A DNA stretch of 64,000 nucleotides from Vulcanimicrobiota bacterium. Its GTDB lineage: Bacteria > Vulcanimicrobiota > Xenobia > Xenobiales > JADMJV01. Shown here in pieces: positions 9,719-19,315 of this stretch. Every line of letters begins with the position of its first letter. Position 1 is the stretch's first letter. Under the pieces are notes generated by a model. That model did no database searches. It was not told the origin of the DNA and saw only the letters and a program-made list of their open reading frames with translations. Location: the NCBI GenBank assembly GCA_050250895.1, contig JBFWNU010000008.1, positions 305,397 through 369,396 of the forward strand, in the 5' to 3' direction. Both the position numbers and the translations under genes were made by a program.

Positions 9719-9840
9719 CGGCCCTTCGGGCCGGAAAGGAGCGGCCCGAAGGGCCGGGAGAAGGAACTCTTGCCGCGCTCCTCGTCGGCCGCAGGCCGAA
9801 ATCTCAGCCGCAGGCTGCTCCCTGTCGAGGCGCAGCGTCG
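9719..9840. repeat. REP/REPIN-like palindrome cluster
   Basis: Perfect 15-bp inverted repeat CGGCCCTTCGGGCCG-N8-CGGCCCGAAGGGCCG (9719-9756), each arm itself a hairpin, then cggccGCAggccg and cagccGCAggctg mini-hairpins. Confidence 0.65.
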
Positions 9841-9843
9841 AGG

Positions 9844-10311
9844 TCAGGCGACCAGGATGTAGCGCTCGGCGGTGCCGGCCCCGGGGCAGAGGTTCCATTC
9901 CTGGGGCATCAGGCTGAAAGGGGTTTCTTCGCGGCGGGGCTCGGCAGTCGAGAAGACGGTGGTGTCTTGCACGGCCGGGCCTTGAGGGATGTTCTCTTCG
10001 CCCAGGGTGGTGCGGTCGGCCAGCAGCCAACCGAAAGGAACCACCGTTTCTTCTTCGGCCGGTTTCTTGGCCTCGGTATCCTGGTCGCGCTTGGCGTCTT
10101 TGAGCTTGGGAACGAACCCGATCTGGGTCATGCGCCGGAGGTAGGTCGCCAGGGAGGGATGCTTGGTCTCTTCCTCGTTGCGGCGGGCCAGCACATCGCT
10201 GTAGGTGGCGCCATTGAGGGCCTCGCCGTCGTCGACGCGGGCAATGGCGCCGGCGATGGCACTTTTCCAGGCGACTTCCCTGGCTGCTATGGCTCTGATC
10301 GGGGAGATCAT
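9844..10311 (-). CDS. Hypothetical protein
   Basis: 155-aa ORF filling the gap, co-oriented with its neighbours; no motif recognised. Confidence 0.55.
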   Translation of the reverse strand: MISPIRAIAAREVAWKSAIAGAIARVDDGEALNGATYSDVLARRNEEETKHPSLATYLRRMTQIGFVPKLKDAKRDQDTEAKKPAEEETVVPFGWLLADRTTLGEENIPQGPAVQDTTVFSTAEPRREETPFSLMPQEWNLCPGAGTAERYILVA

Positions 10312-10436
10312 TTCACATCTAGCCTAATCTGGGGGCCTGAAAGATGTCTGAAAACAGACATGTGGGCCCCTTCTCCTCTATTGTAGTCCTGGCCAGGGGC
10401 TAAAGATGTAACAAAGATGTGAACGGTTCGCCAGGG

Positions 10437-13400
10437 CTAGCCCTTTTCGGCGTGGGCCTTGGCGATCTCGTCGAGGCGTTGATCCGAGCGGCGGATGCGA
10501 CCGGTCAGGACCTTGAAGATCTCGAAGGCGATCTCGGGCATCTGGAAGACCAGTTCTTTGAGCTGCTCGCCTTTGAGCACCAGCACTCGAGTGTCGGCCA
10601 TGGCCACCACACTGGCGCTCCGGGGTTCATCATCGAGAATGGCCATTTCGCCAAAATACTGGCCGGCCCCGATGGTGGTGAGCATCAGTTGTTCTGAGCT
10701 GCCGTGGTTGATGAAGATGCCGACCTCTCCTTCGACCACGACATAGAGTTCATCGCCCACGTCTCCCTCGCGAAAGATCATCTCTCCCTTGAGATATTGC
10801 TCTTCTGAGAGCAACTGATTGATGGCCTCGAGTTGCTCGAGGGTCATCTGCGAGAACAACGGAACCTGGCGCAGGACCAGGAGATGCTCCATGACTTCCT
10901 CCCGGCCGTGGGCTTCGCCCGAACCGTTCGACGAGCCTTCTGCGGCCATGCGGATCCATGGGTTTTCGCTGTCTTTGACCAGCTTCTCGACCTCTTCGAA
11001 GTTGGACGGTCCGTTGACCTGGCCCCGGACGGACGGCAGCTTGTCGTCGAGCGTGCCCTCTTCGAGCATCAATACCAGCAGACTCGAGGCTTCGCGGTCG
11101 CCGAGGTTGGAGAGCACTTCGAGGGCATCGGCGCGGACCCGGCTATTGGCGAAGCGCAGCACCTTTTCGACGCTACGAATCAGACTGCCGCCCTCGACCG
11201 CCTCCAGGATACGAAAGGCTAGAAAGCGATGATTCTTGACTGCATTGTCGAGCGAGAGCTTGAGAAATCGAAGGCGCCGATCCTGAGAATCGGGGGTATA
11301 GTGCAGCGCCATCTGATAAGTCCAGGCGTGACGCACCCGCTCGCGCAGCTCGCGCGCCAACACCTCGCGGGTGCCCACTCGCGAGGCCTGGCCGAAGGCT
11401 GCCACGGCGGCCGTGGCCGTGCGGACACTTTCGCTCGAGAGATAGACCGAAGCCGCCTTGAGGCCTCCCATCGGTTCGAGCTGCGCCAGCTGTTCGGCCG
11501 CCAACTGGCGCACCTCGCGCGACTCGTCGCGCAGACTCCGGGCCAGGATTCCCAGGGCGTCCGGGTCGCGCTGGCCCTTGAGGGCCAGCAGACGCACGGC
11601 CGCCAAACGTTCGGCCGAATGCGGACTGTTCTGGTGGTGCTTGAGCCGATCCAGCGATAGGGCGTCGAGATGATGGCGGGCGCAGCACTCGAGGGCGCCC
11701 GCTCGAATGGCCGGCTCGGAATGGTCGCAGAGGGGATCGATGCGCTGGACCAATTCGACCGGAAGCCGTTCTAAAGCGGCCGAGACCGCCCGCGGGTCTT
11801 CGGACTCGAGCATCGAAACCAGATGTTGGTCCCCTACTGGGCCGCAGCGAAGGCAGGCCTCGGCCTGGACCAGCAGGTCGGCGTCGTCGAGGAGAAATTC
11901 GAAGTCGTCAAAGTGCAGCATGGGGAAGGCCTCGACGGCCGCCAGGCGCACCGAAGGATCCGCGTCTTTGAGGGCTCTGCGTCCCTCGGTCAGGTAGCGT
12001 TTGTTGTCGTAGCGAGCCAGGGCTCGCAGGCAGGCCCGACGGAGCCGGGGCTCGGGATGAGAGAGGCCCTCGACGATGGGCTCGAAGTGGCTCTGGCGGG
12101 CGAAAGTGTCGATCAGGGGCAGGACCGTCTTGGTGGGAGCTCCCTCGTTGAGCAGTCGGCGCCAGACTTCGGCCAGCCGCGACAATTCGAAGGCGCCGAC
12201 TTCTGAGCCGAGTTCGGTCAGGTCGAGCCGACCGGCCCGTAGTTCGGTGATGAGGGTCTTGAGATATTCTTCGCGCACTTTGAGGTTGGCGCACAGATAG
12301 ATGACGGCGGTGAAACCGCCGGCCAGGCAAAGGCGAAAAGCCGTGAGTCGGTCGCTGAGAAACAGCAGGGCCACCCCCGCGGCCACCATGCCGGTGTAGA
12401 CCACCATACCCTCGAGAAAGGCCCGCATGCGTCCCCGGAAGCGCGCGGGGAGAGCGTTGTAGACGAGGTTTCGGATGGGTCCCGAGATGGCGTTTTCGAC
12501 CGTCTCGCGGTTGATGCGGGCCACGCAGGCGGCCGGCAGCGCATAGGAGGTAGCGAGATATCCGAAGGAGAGCACCGTGAGGATCGGATGGACCACGTTC
12601 GAGGCGGCCACCCCCAGACGGGTGATGAGAAAGGGAGTGATGACGACCTCGAGCAGGATCTCGAGCAGGTTGGTGGCGGCCAGGAAAGCGCCTAGAAAGA
12701 CCGCCAGTTTGCGCTCGTCAGGAAAAGCATGGGCCAGAATGTCAGAGTAGAGATACTGCAGCACGAAGAGCGACAGGACCATGGCCACTGCCGAGGCCAT
12801 CAGCCATCTTCCCAGCGACGATTGGCGCAGATAGAGAACCGAGGCCCGCATGCCGTCAAACGAGGTTTCGTCGGCCTCTTCTAACTCGAGGGGTCCCCAG
12901 CGGCGCAAGTTGCGCCGGGAGGTGCGTAGCAGCACCGCCGCCCCCAGCAGGCTGAGCACCCAGGCCGCCAGGAGGAGTAAGGCTCCGGTAGGAGAGGAGG
13001 CCAGCAGTCCCGCCAGAAGCCCTCCGGCCAGGCCACCAAAGCTGCCGCCCACGGTAAACAGAGGGAACAACCGCTTGGAACTCAGGGTGTCGAAATAGTC
13101 ACCCGTGAAGGTCCAGAAGTGATTGGTGAGCACGGCCAGAGCTAGATAGTAGAGGCAAAAGAGGGCGGGAAAGGTCCAGCCCACTCCCAGGGCCGCGCCA
13201 TAGGCGCAGCCCCCCACGGCCACGGCCAAAATGCCGAGGATTTTGATGAAATAGGCGTCGTTGCGAGAGCGGTCAACCCCTAGCGCATAGACCAGCGAGC
13301 CGAAGACGGTCACCAACGAGGCGGCCACGAAGGTTTGCGGAAGGATACCGGCCCCAAAGCGGGTCAAGAGAAGCGACTCGGCTCCGACCAGACCGAGGGT

Positions 13401-13499
13401 CTGGGCCAGGTTGATGAGACCTAACAGGCTCAGGAAAAAGAGAAACCGGGCCCGTTCGGTCGGGCGAACGGAGGCCAGGACCCGCCAGAAAAGGTTCAT
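10437..13499 (-). CDS. Npt/TLC (MFS-like) transporter - HEAT repeat - cyclic nucleotide-binding fusion protein
   Basis: About 12 TMs with KRLFPL; HEAT repeats (DADPSVRLAAVEA, DESREVRQLAAE); C-terminal cNMP domain (GQYFGEMAILDDEPRSAS). Confidence 0.88.
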   Translation of the reverse strand: MNLFWRVLASVRPTERARFLFFLSLLGLINLAQTLGLVGAESLLLTRFGAGILPQTFVAASLVTVFGSLVYALGVDRSRNDAYFIKILGILAVAVGGCAYGAALGVGWTFPALFCLYYLALAVLTNHFWTFTGDYFDTLSSKRLFPLFTVGGSFGGLAGGLLAGLLASSPTGALLLLAAWVLSLLGAAVLLRTSRRNLRRWGPLELEEADETSFDGMRASVLYLRQSSLGRWLMASAVAMVLSLFVLQYLYSDILAHAFPDERKLAVFLGAFLAATNLLEILLEVVITPFLITRLGVAASNVVHPILTVLSFGYLATSYALPAACVARINRETVENAISGPIRNLVYNALPARFRGRMRAFLEGMVVYTGMVAAGVALLFLSDRLTAFRLCLAGGFTAVIYLCANLKVREEYLKTLITELRAGRLDLTELGSEVGAFELSRLAEVWRRLLNEGAPTKTVLPLIDTFARQSHFEPIVEGLSHPEPRLRRACLRALARYDNKRYLTEGRRALKDADPSVRLAAVEAFPMLHFDDFEFLLDDADLLVQAEACLRCGPVGDQHLVSMLESEDPRAVSAALERLPVELVQRIDPLCDHSEPAIRAGALECCARHHLDALSLDRLKHHQNSPHSAERLAAVRLLALKGQRDPDALGILARSLRDESREVRQLAAEQLAQLEPMGGLKAASVYLSSESVRTATAAVAAFGQASRVGTREVLARELRERVRHAWTYQMALHYTPDSQDRRLRFLKLSLDNAVKNHRFLAFRILEAVEGGSLIRSVEKVLRFANSRVRADALEVLSNLGDREASSLLVLMLEEGTLDDKLPSVRGQVNGPSNFEEVEKLVKDSENPWIRMAAEGSSNGSGEAHGREEVMEHLLVLRQVPLFSQMTLEQLEAINQLLSEEQYLKGEMIFREGDVGDELYVVVEGEVGIFINHGSSEQLMLTTIGAGQYFGEMAILDDEPRSASVVAMADTRVLVLKGEQLKELVFQMPEIAFEIFKVLTGRIRRSDQRLDEIAKAHAEKG

Positions 13500-13511
13500 C
13501 AGGCTGTTGTG

Positions 13512-14096
13512 TTAGCCGTCTTTGTTCTTTGCCCTTCTGGCTCGCCAACGTCGTAGCAGGAGAAACGCGATCAGTCCGCCGGCCAGGGCGGCCACGAAAG
13601 CGACCACCGGGGCGACCAGGGCCGTCACGCCCAAACCCAGGGCGGCCACATCTTCGCAGGTACTCTTGACGGGGGCGGCTACTCCGGCGGTGGCGGTGTT
13701 GGCGGCCACTCGGGTACCGGTTTTGAGCAGGTGGATGGGCAAAGTGGCTCCGCCGGCCAGACAAACGGCGGCCACGTAGGCCACCAGGGGGTTGTCGTGG
13801 CTGATCACGGCCAGCACGGCCACGGCTCCGGCGGTGGGGCGTACGGCCGTGTAGACGGTGTCGAGAGCGGTGTCGACGGCCGGAACCTTGTCGGCGCCGA
13901 TCTCGAAAATGGTGGCCGAGCCCAGCGCGATCAGGGCGGGCGTCGAACTAAGCCAGGCGAAGGCGGGGGCCAACTGGTAGACATCCGCCCAACCCATACG
14001 AAAGCCGAGACCCAGCAGAAAGAGCGGAAGAAATGCCCTGAAGCCGGCGGTAGCAGCCAGGCTGGCGCCCAGGAAAAGGCTGATGATGATGTCCAC
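13512..14096 (-). CDS. DUF4126 family membrane protein
   Basis: AGFRAFLPLF, EIGADKVPAVDTALD and S..ED motifs. Confidence 0.85.
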   Translation of the reverse strand: MDIIISLFLGASLAATAGFRAFLPLFLLGLGFRMGWADVYQLAPAFAWLSSTPALIALGSATIFEIGADKVPAVDTALDTVYTAVRPTAGAVAVLAVISHDNPLVAYVAAVCLAGGATLPIHLLKTGTRVAANTATAGVAAPVKSTCEDVAALGLGVTALVAPVVAFVAALAGGLIAFLLLRRWRARRAKNKDG

Positions 14097-14102
14097 GATC
14101 GA

Positions 14103-15239
14103 CTAGTTCGTTTTTGAGTCGTTTTTTCCTTTAGGCAAATCGCGCTGGGGAAGCCGAAACCAGAACTCGGTTCCGTTCGGAGGCTCGCTTCGCACCCCGA
14201 GTTGGCCCCCATGCGCTTCCACCGCCATGCGGCAGAAGGCCAGACCCAGCCCGGTGCTGTAGCGATGCCTCTTGCCAGCCTGAACGAACTTCTGGAACAG
14301 CCTCTGCTGGTCTTCTGGGCTGATCCCCGGGCCGTTGTCGCGGATGGCGAAATGGATGGCATCCTCGGTTCGAATCAGCTCGAGTTCTACTCGTCCGTCT
14401 TCTTTGGGAGCATATTTGGCGGCGTTGTCGAGCAGGTTGACCAGCACGCGGCGAATCATTTCAGGGTCGCAGGCGAAGGGTTGCTGGTCGGTGCCGCTGA
14501 CCACCAGCTGAGATTGGCTGCCGGTGAGGGGGCGCGAGCTTTCCAGAGCGGCGGCCACCACGGCTTCGGTGGTCGTTTCTTCGACATTCAACTCGAAATC
14601 GGCCTGCTCGATCTTGTTGAGGTCGAGCACCGCCGAGATCATCTCCAGTAGCCGGTAAGAGTTGGTCAGGGTTTTGGTGACGAAAGCCTTTTGCCGCTCC
14701 TCGAGCTTGGGGTCGAATTCGAGTAGTCGCTGAAACCCGATGATGGCGGTCAAAGGGCTCTTGAGGTCGTGGATGAGCATGTGAACCATCGAGTCCCGCA
14801 TTTTTTCCAGTTCCTGCAGCTCGGCGAATTGTCGTTTGCTCAGGTCGTAGATCCGTTTGAGGCGCAAGGCGTTGCGGACTCGAAGGGTGGTGTCGTTGAT
14901 GTTGATCGGTTTGGTAATGAAATCATTGGCGCCCGCGCGGATGCCCTCGAGTCGATCTTCGCGATTGGAGAGAGCCGTTACCAGTAGAATCGGAATCGGA
15001 CCGGTAGTGGGGTCGGCCTTGAGGCGACGACAGACCTCGAAGCCGTCGGGGGACGGCATCATCACGTCCAGCAAAATGACGTCGGGCTGTTCGCGATGAG
15101 CTACCTCCAGGGCGGCCTTCCCATCGTGGGCTTCCAGCACGTGGTGGCCTCGAGGTTCGAGAGCATCTCGCAGCAACTCGCGATTGATGGCCTGATCGTC
15201 GGCCACGAGCACGGTCCCGGTGTCGTCTAACTCATCCAT
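14103..15239 (-). CDS. Hybrid response regulator-histidine kinase
   Basis: N-terminal REC (DVILLDVMMP), H-box HDLKSP, N-box NLLDNAAKY, G boxes; start re-assigned to ATG 15239. Confidence 0.93.
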   Translation of the reverse strand: MDELDDTGTVLVADDQAINRELLRDALEPRGHHVLEAHDGKAALEVAHREQPDVILLDVMMPSPDGFEVCRRLKADPTTGPIPILLVTALSNREDRLEGIRAGANDFITKPININDTTLRVRNALRLKRIYDLSKRQFAELQELEKMRDSMVHMLIHDLKSPLTAIIGFQRLLEFDPKLEERQKAFVTKTLTNSYRLLEMISAVLDLNKIEQADFELNVEETTTEAVVAAALESSRPLTGSQSQLVVSGTDQQPFACDPEMIRRVLVNLLDNAAKYAPKEDGRVELELIRTEDAIHFAIRDNGPGISPEDQQRLFQKFVQAGKRHRYSTGLGLAFCRMAVEAHGGQLGVRSEPPNGTEFWFRLPQRDLPKGKNDSKTN

Positions 15240-15597
15240 CGAGAAAGGCTCGAACCTGGGAGGCGAATTGGCGCGCCTGAATGGGTTTGGCGATGTAGCC
15301 GGCAAAGGGCGGTTTGACTTCGATGCGCTTTCCGCTCACGGCTACTATCGGGAGATGGGCGGTGGCTTCGTCTTCTTTCAGGGCTAGCGCTACGGCCAAA
15401 CCTCCTTGCCCAGCCAGGGTGAGGTCCAATAGAACCAGGTCGGGAGCCTTGCCTTTGGCCAGCTGGACCGCTTGCTCGCCGTGAGTGGCGGCAAACACCA
15501 CAAACCCATCCTCGGACAGGATTTCGGTGGCCAACTCCAGGCTCGCAGGGTCATCTTCCACTAGCAGCACCCGCACCGTCATGGTTTCCTCTTCCAT
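15232..15597 (-). CDS. Single-domain response regulator (CheY/DivK-like)
   Basis: VLLVEDD, DLVLLD and YIAKP. Confidence 0.9.
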   Translation of the reverse strand: MEEETMTVRVLLVEDDPASLELATEILSEDGFVVFAATHGEQAVQLAKGKAPDLVLLDLTLAGQGGLAVALALKEDEATAHLPIVAVSGKRIEVKPPFAGYIAKPIQARQFASQVRAFLDG

Positions 15598-15680
15598 TCA
15601 GGATAGTTGGCTCCTTCCCGCCGCTCTTGAGTCATCCGCCAAAGGAAGGTGAGACCCACTCGCTCGGGAAATCATCGGGT

Positions 15681-17063
15681 ATGAGCACGTCAGACCGCGG
15701 CTCCGACGGTGTCCTCAGGGCCCTCTTGCTCGACTCCGAACAATCCGAGCGAGCCAAAAAGGCTCGTGATCTGCGCTACAATCAAGTTAGCGTGCCGGCC
15801 TTCCGGATGGTCGGGTTGGCCTGTCTGTTGCTGCTCAGCTATATCCACAATCGCTACTTGCTGGAGCAACCGGCTGGGCCGGAACTGATTTGGCTCGCTC
15901 GGATCTTCGTCTTTTATGGTTCGGTGTCTTGGCTGGTGCTCGTGCTCTTCTATCGCACCGAGCGGCGCTTTCATCTGGGTGATTTCTTCCTGGGTCTCGA
16001 TGTCGTGGTCTGGAGCCTGGCGTTGGTGGTGACCGGCGGGGCCCACAGCTGGCTTTTCTTCACCCTGCTGTCACGGGTGGCCGACCAGGCCAATACCAGC
16101 TTCAAGCGTTGCCTGGTTTTCCTCCAGGTGGTGGTGATGACCTATTTGCTTTTTCTGGTGGCCTTGCAGGTGGGTGGCCAATCTTTTGGCTGGCTACCCC
16201 AGCTAGCCCGGATAGCCATTCTCTATGTGGTGGGCTTCTATATCTCCCTGACCGCTCTGGCAGCCGAGCGGCTGCGCGAGAGGGCCCGGCAGGTCTTTCG
16301 GCTGGGTCGCCAGATGGTGCGCCAGCTCGAGTCGCAGAACCGCGAGCTGGCCAGGGCCCGCGAAGAGGCCGAGTCGGCCAATCGCCTCAAGAGCGGGTTT
16401 CTGGCCGTGGTCACCCACGAGCTGAGAACACCGCTCAACGCCATGATGGGTTATTCCGACCTGCTCTCGCAAGAGGTGGCCGGAGAACTCAACCCCAAAC
16501 AGCGCAAATACGTCGATCACTGCACGGCCGCCTCGGCCCGGCTCGACGAGATGATCGGGACTATTCTCGAGTACTCCAAACTCGAGGCCGAAGGGCTCAT
16601 TCTCGACCTCGAGCAGGTCAACGTCAATCATGTGCTCGGAGAAGCCGTCGAGGACTATCGCCGCCGGGCCATTCGGGCCGGCCTTACCCTTGACTTCGAG
16701 GCACCTCAGAAACCCGTGCTGGTGTGGGCCGACCCGGAACGGTTGCGGCAAGTGCTCGATATCTTGCTGGATAACGCCGTGAAATATACTCCGGACGGGG
16801 GGCGGGTCGAGGTCAGCCTCGAGGATGCAAGCATTCTGGTCGGCGACACCGGCCCTGGGATTCCCGCCTGTGACCAAGAGAATGTCTTCCGACCCTTCGT
16901 TCAGCTCAAGACCGGGCTTGACCGTCCCCACGATGGAGTCGGGCTGGGGCTGTCTCTGGCCCGGGCCTTATGCAAAGCCCAGGGCGGCGCTGTCGACCTG
17001 ATTTCGCCTGGACCGAGCGGGGTCGGCTCGTGCTTTGTGGTGCGCTTGGCCGAGGTGGGCTAG
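15681..17063 (+). CDS. Membrane sensor histidine kinase
   Basis: About 6 TMs, then HELRTPL, NAVKYT, DTGPGI and GVGLGL. Confidence 0.93.
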   Translation: MSTSDRGSDGVLRALLLDSEQSERAKKARDLRYNQVSVPAFRMVGLACLLLLSYIHNRYLLEQPAGPELIWLARIFVFYGSVSWLVLVLFYRTERRFHLGDFFLGLDVVVWSLALVVTGGAHSWLFFTLLSRVADQANTSFKRCLVFLQVVVMTYLLFLVALQVGGQSFGWLPQLARIAILYVVGFYISLTALAAERLRERARQVFRLGRQMVRQLESQNRELARAREEAESANRLKSGFLAVVTHELRTPLNAMMGYSDLLSQEVAGELNPKQRKYVDHCTAASARLDEMIGTILEYSKLEAEGLILDLEQVNVNHVLGEAVEDYRRRAIRAGLTLDFEAPQKPVLVWADPERLRQVLDILLDNAVKYTPDGGRVEVSLEDASILVGDTGPGIPACDQENVFRPFVQLKTGLDRPHDGVGLGLSLARALCKAQGGAVDLISPGPSGVGSCFVVRLAEVG

Positions 17064-17377
17064 CCAAGACAGGCTTCGGTGGCTTGACGGAACGCTTCCA
17101 TGTGGTTTAGAGCCTCACGGGCTCCGGCCTCGTCGAAGACGACCGCCGCCTGATAGTCGGCGTCTTCACGCATGCGCTGCATTTGGCTAAAGGCGCGCAC
17201 CTGAGCGGCCGGAAAACGACCGGCCCTGACCAGATGCAGACTCAGCTGCCCGACCATGCCGGTGTGGGTCATGGATTCCAACTCCAGGCTGTAGAGTAGG
17301 GCGCGGGCCAGATGGAACATGGCGTAGTAGGCACGCGAGACGCTGCCGCCCCACAGGCGACGGTTCTCTTCGGTCAT
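17060..17377 (-). CDS. HEPN domain protein (apparently missing its first helix)
   Basis: SRAYYAMFH, THxG and REDADY motifs; 4-nt overlap with the MNT gene. Confidence 0.82.
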   Translation of the reverse strand: MTEENRRLWGGSVSRAYYAMFHLARALLYSLELESMTHTGMVGQLSLHLVRAGRFPAAQVRAFSQMQRMREDADYQAAVVFDEAGAREALNHMEAFRQATEACLG

Positions 17378-17721
17378 AGATCGATTCCGTCGCGCACGAC
17401 CTCTTGAGGAAAAAGCCGTTCGAGAGACAAAAGGCGTTCGAACTGCTCGGGGGCCATGACGCGGGGTGTCACTTCGAAGCCCATCCAGCGCTCGAGCAAG
17501 AGATTGACGGCCAGATCCGAGATCGCCCCCCGGTCGGCCAGGCTGCAGTCTTCAATGAGAACCAACACGTCCATGTCGGAGTCGTCTCGAGCATCGCGCC
17601 GGGCTCGCGAACCGAAGAGCTTGATGCAGCGGGCCCGGGGCCCGTACCGGGCCCGCACCTGGGCAGCAAACTCGGCGGCGATTTCGGCTTCCAGCGGGGT
17701 CAATCTCTCGAGCTTGGTCAC
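17374..17721 (-). CDS. Minimal nucleotidyltransferase (MNT) partner/antitoxin
   Basis: LFGSRARRDARDDSDMDVLV (GS-x10-DxD); GTG 17721 preceded by AAAGGA. Confidence 0.88.
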   Translation of the reverse strand: MTKLERLTPLEAEIAAEFAAQVRARYGPRARCIKLFGSRARRDARDDSDMDVLVLIEDCSLADRGAISDLAVNLLLERWMGFEVTPRVMAPEQFERLLSLERLFPQEVVRDGIDL

Positions 17722-17797
17722 CTGGCTTAATTCCTTTCTCGCCGGCCTTCTCCCTTGCAGAAGAAATCGGGGCCCTGACGTAGAAAGGGCGCCTCCC

Positions 17798-19315
17798 ATG
17801 GTAACAGTAACCGAAATCGAATACCAGGTATTGACCGGGCTGGCTGGCCAGCCAAGCCCGCTGGCCATTCCCGAACTGGCAGAAAAGCTAAAGCTCGACC
17901 AGGCTCAGGTGTCGGCCGTCTGCGTGACGCGTGCCGGCGATGAAATCGAGCTGGTCGAAACCCCTTACTCTGAATTGCGGCTAGGCAAGAAAGCAGGCGA
18001 GGTGCAACCTGTCTTTCCCGAGCGTTTGGTGGTCGAGGCCCTGGAGAAATGCGGGGGTGAGGCCGAACTCTCGGCCCTGGCCGAGCCCGCCGGACTCGAC
18101 AAGAAGGCCGTCGGCCAGTCGCTGCGCTGGCTCAAAGCCAAGGGTTGGGCCGAGCAAGACGGCCGTTTGCTCAGACTGTTGCCGGCCGGACGCGGACCGG
18201 CCAAAGGAGCCGACGAAGCGCTGGTCGAGCTCTTGTCCGAACTGGGCAACGCCACCGAAGACGAGTTGCGGGGCCGGGGGATCGATGTCGAGGCCGCCTT
18301 GAAGCTGCTCGATGGGCGTAGCGGGATCCTCGATCGGCGCGATCGGGTCAACCGCATCGTCAGCCTGACCTCGGCCGGCCAGAGCCTGGTCGACACTGGC
18401 TTGAAGGCTCGCCGCGAGGTGACCCAGCTTACGCCCGAGCTGTTGCGAGGCGGTGAGTGGCGCGAGGTCGAGCTGCGACCCTACGACGTGACGCTGGCGG
18501 CCGAGCCGAGCTATCCGGGCAAGGAGCACCCGCTGGTCAGCATTTTTCAGATGACCCGCCGGGTCTTTCTCGAGCTTGGCTTCGAAGAGACCCAGAGCGG
18601 CTATGTCGAGTCTTCCTTCTGGGATTTTGATGCGCTGTTTCAGCCTCAAGACCACCCGGCTCGCGACATGCAAGACACCTTTTATGTCGAGCGGCCCGAC
18701 GTCTGCCGATTGCCCGACCAGAAAGTGGTCGAGGCCGTGGGCCAGACCCATCGCGACGGCGGCACGACCGGCTCGGTGGGCTGGCGCTACGACTGGGATG
18801 TTGAGTTGACGAAAAGACCGGTGCTGCGCACCCACACCACCGCTTCCACCATTCGCGCTCTGGCCGAGAATCCGGTGGGTCCGCGCAAGGTGTTCTGTGT
18901 GGGTCCGGTCTTTCGCCGCGAGACGGTCGACTATAAGCATCTACCGGTCTTTCACCAGGTCGACGGCATCATCATCGACCCTTCGGCCACTTTCGCCAAC
19001 CTGCTGGGCACGCTCAAGGCCTTCTATGCCAAGATGGGCTTTGACCGCTTCCAGTTCCGACCCGCCTTTTTTCCCTATACCGAGCCCAGCGTCGAGATCT
19101 TCGTCTGGTCCGAGAAGAAGGGCGATTGGGTCGAAATGGGCGGAGCGGGGATGTTTCGTCCCGAGGTGACCCGGCCGCTGGGCTGCACCCAGCCGGTGCT
19201 GGCCTGGGGCCTGGGCCTCGAGCGCCTGGCCATGTTTCGCTACTCTCTGGGCAGTATCGGTGAGCTTTACCGCGCTCGCATGCAATGGTTGAAGGAGACG
19301 CCGCTATGCCGGTAA
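17798..19315 (+). CDS. pheS: Phenylalanine-tRNA ligase alpha subunit, archaeal/eukaryotic type
   Basis: 505 aa with a long N-terminal extension; FWDFDALFQPQDHPARDMQDTF, LRTHTT, FFPYTEPS, GMFRPEV and AWGLGLERLAM. Confidence 0.97.
   Translation: MVTVTEIEYQVLTGLAGQPSPLAIPELAEKLKLDQAQVSAVCVTRAGDEIELVETPYSELRLGKKAGEVQPVFPERLVVEALEKCGGEAELSALAEPAGLDKKAVGQSLRWLKAKGWAEQDGRLLRLLPAGRGPAKGADEALVELLSELGNATEDELRGRGIDVEAALKLLDGRSGILDRRDRVNRIVSLTSAGQSLVDTGLKARREVTQLTPELLRGGEWREVELRPYDVTLAAEPSYPGKEHPLVSIFQMTRRVFLELGFEETQSGYVESSFWDFDALFQPQDHPARDMQDTFYVERPDVCRLPDQKVVEAVGQTHRDGGTTGSVGWRYDWDVELTKRPVLRTHTTASTIRALAENPVGPRKVFCVGPVFRRETVDYKHLPVFHQVDGIIIDPSATFANLLGTLKAFYAKMGFDRFQFRPAFFPYTEPSVEIFVWSEKKGDWVEMGGAGMFRPEVTRPLGCTQPVLAWGLGLERLAMFRYSLGSIGELYRARMQWLKETPLCR

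Noticed and set aside
17456-17797. 114-aa N-terminal extension of PheS in the ORF track
   Set aside because: It overlaps the MNT gene antisense; ATG 17798 has an SD-like AGAAAGGG.
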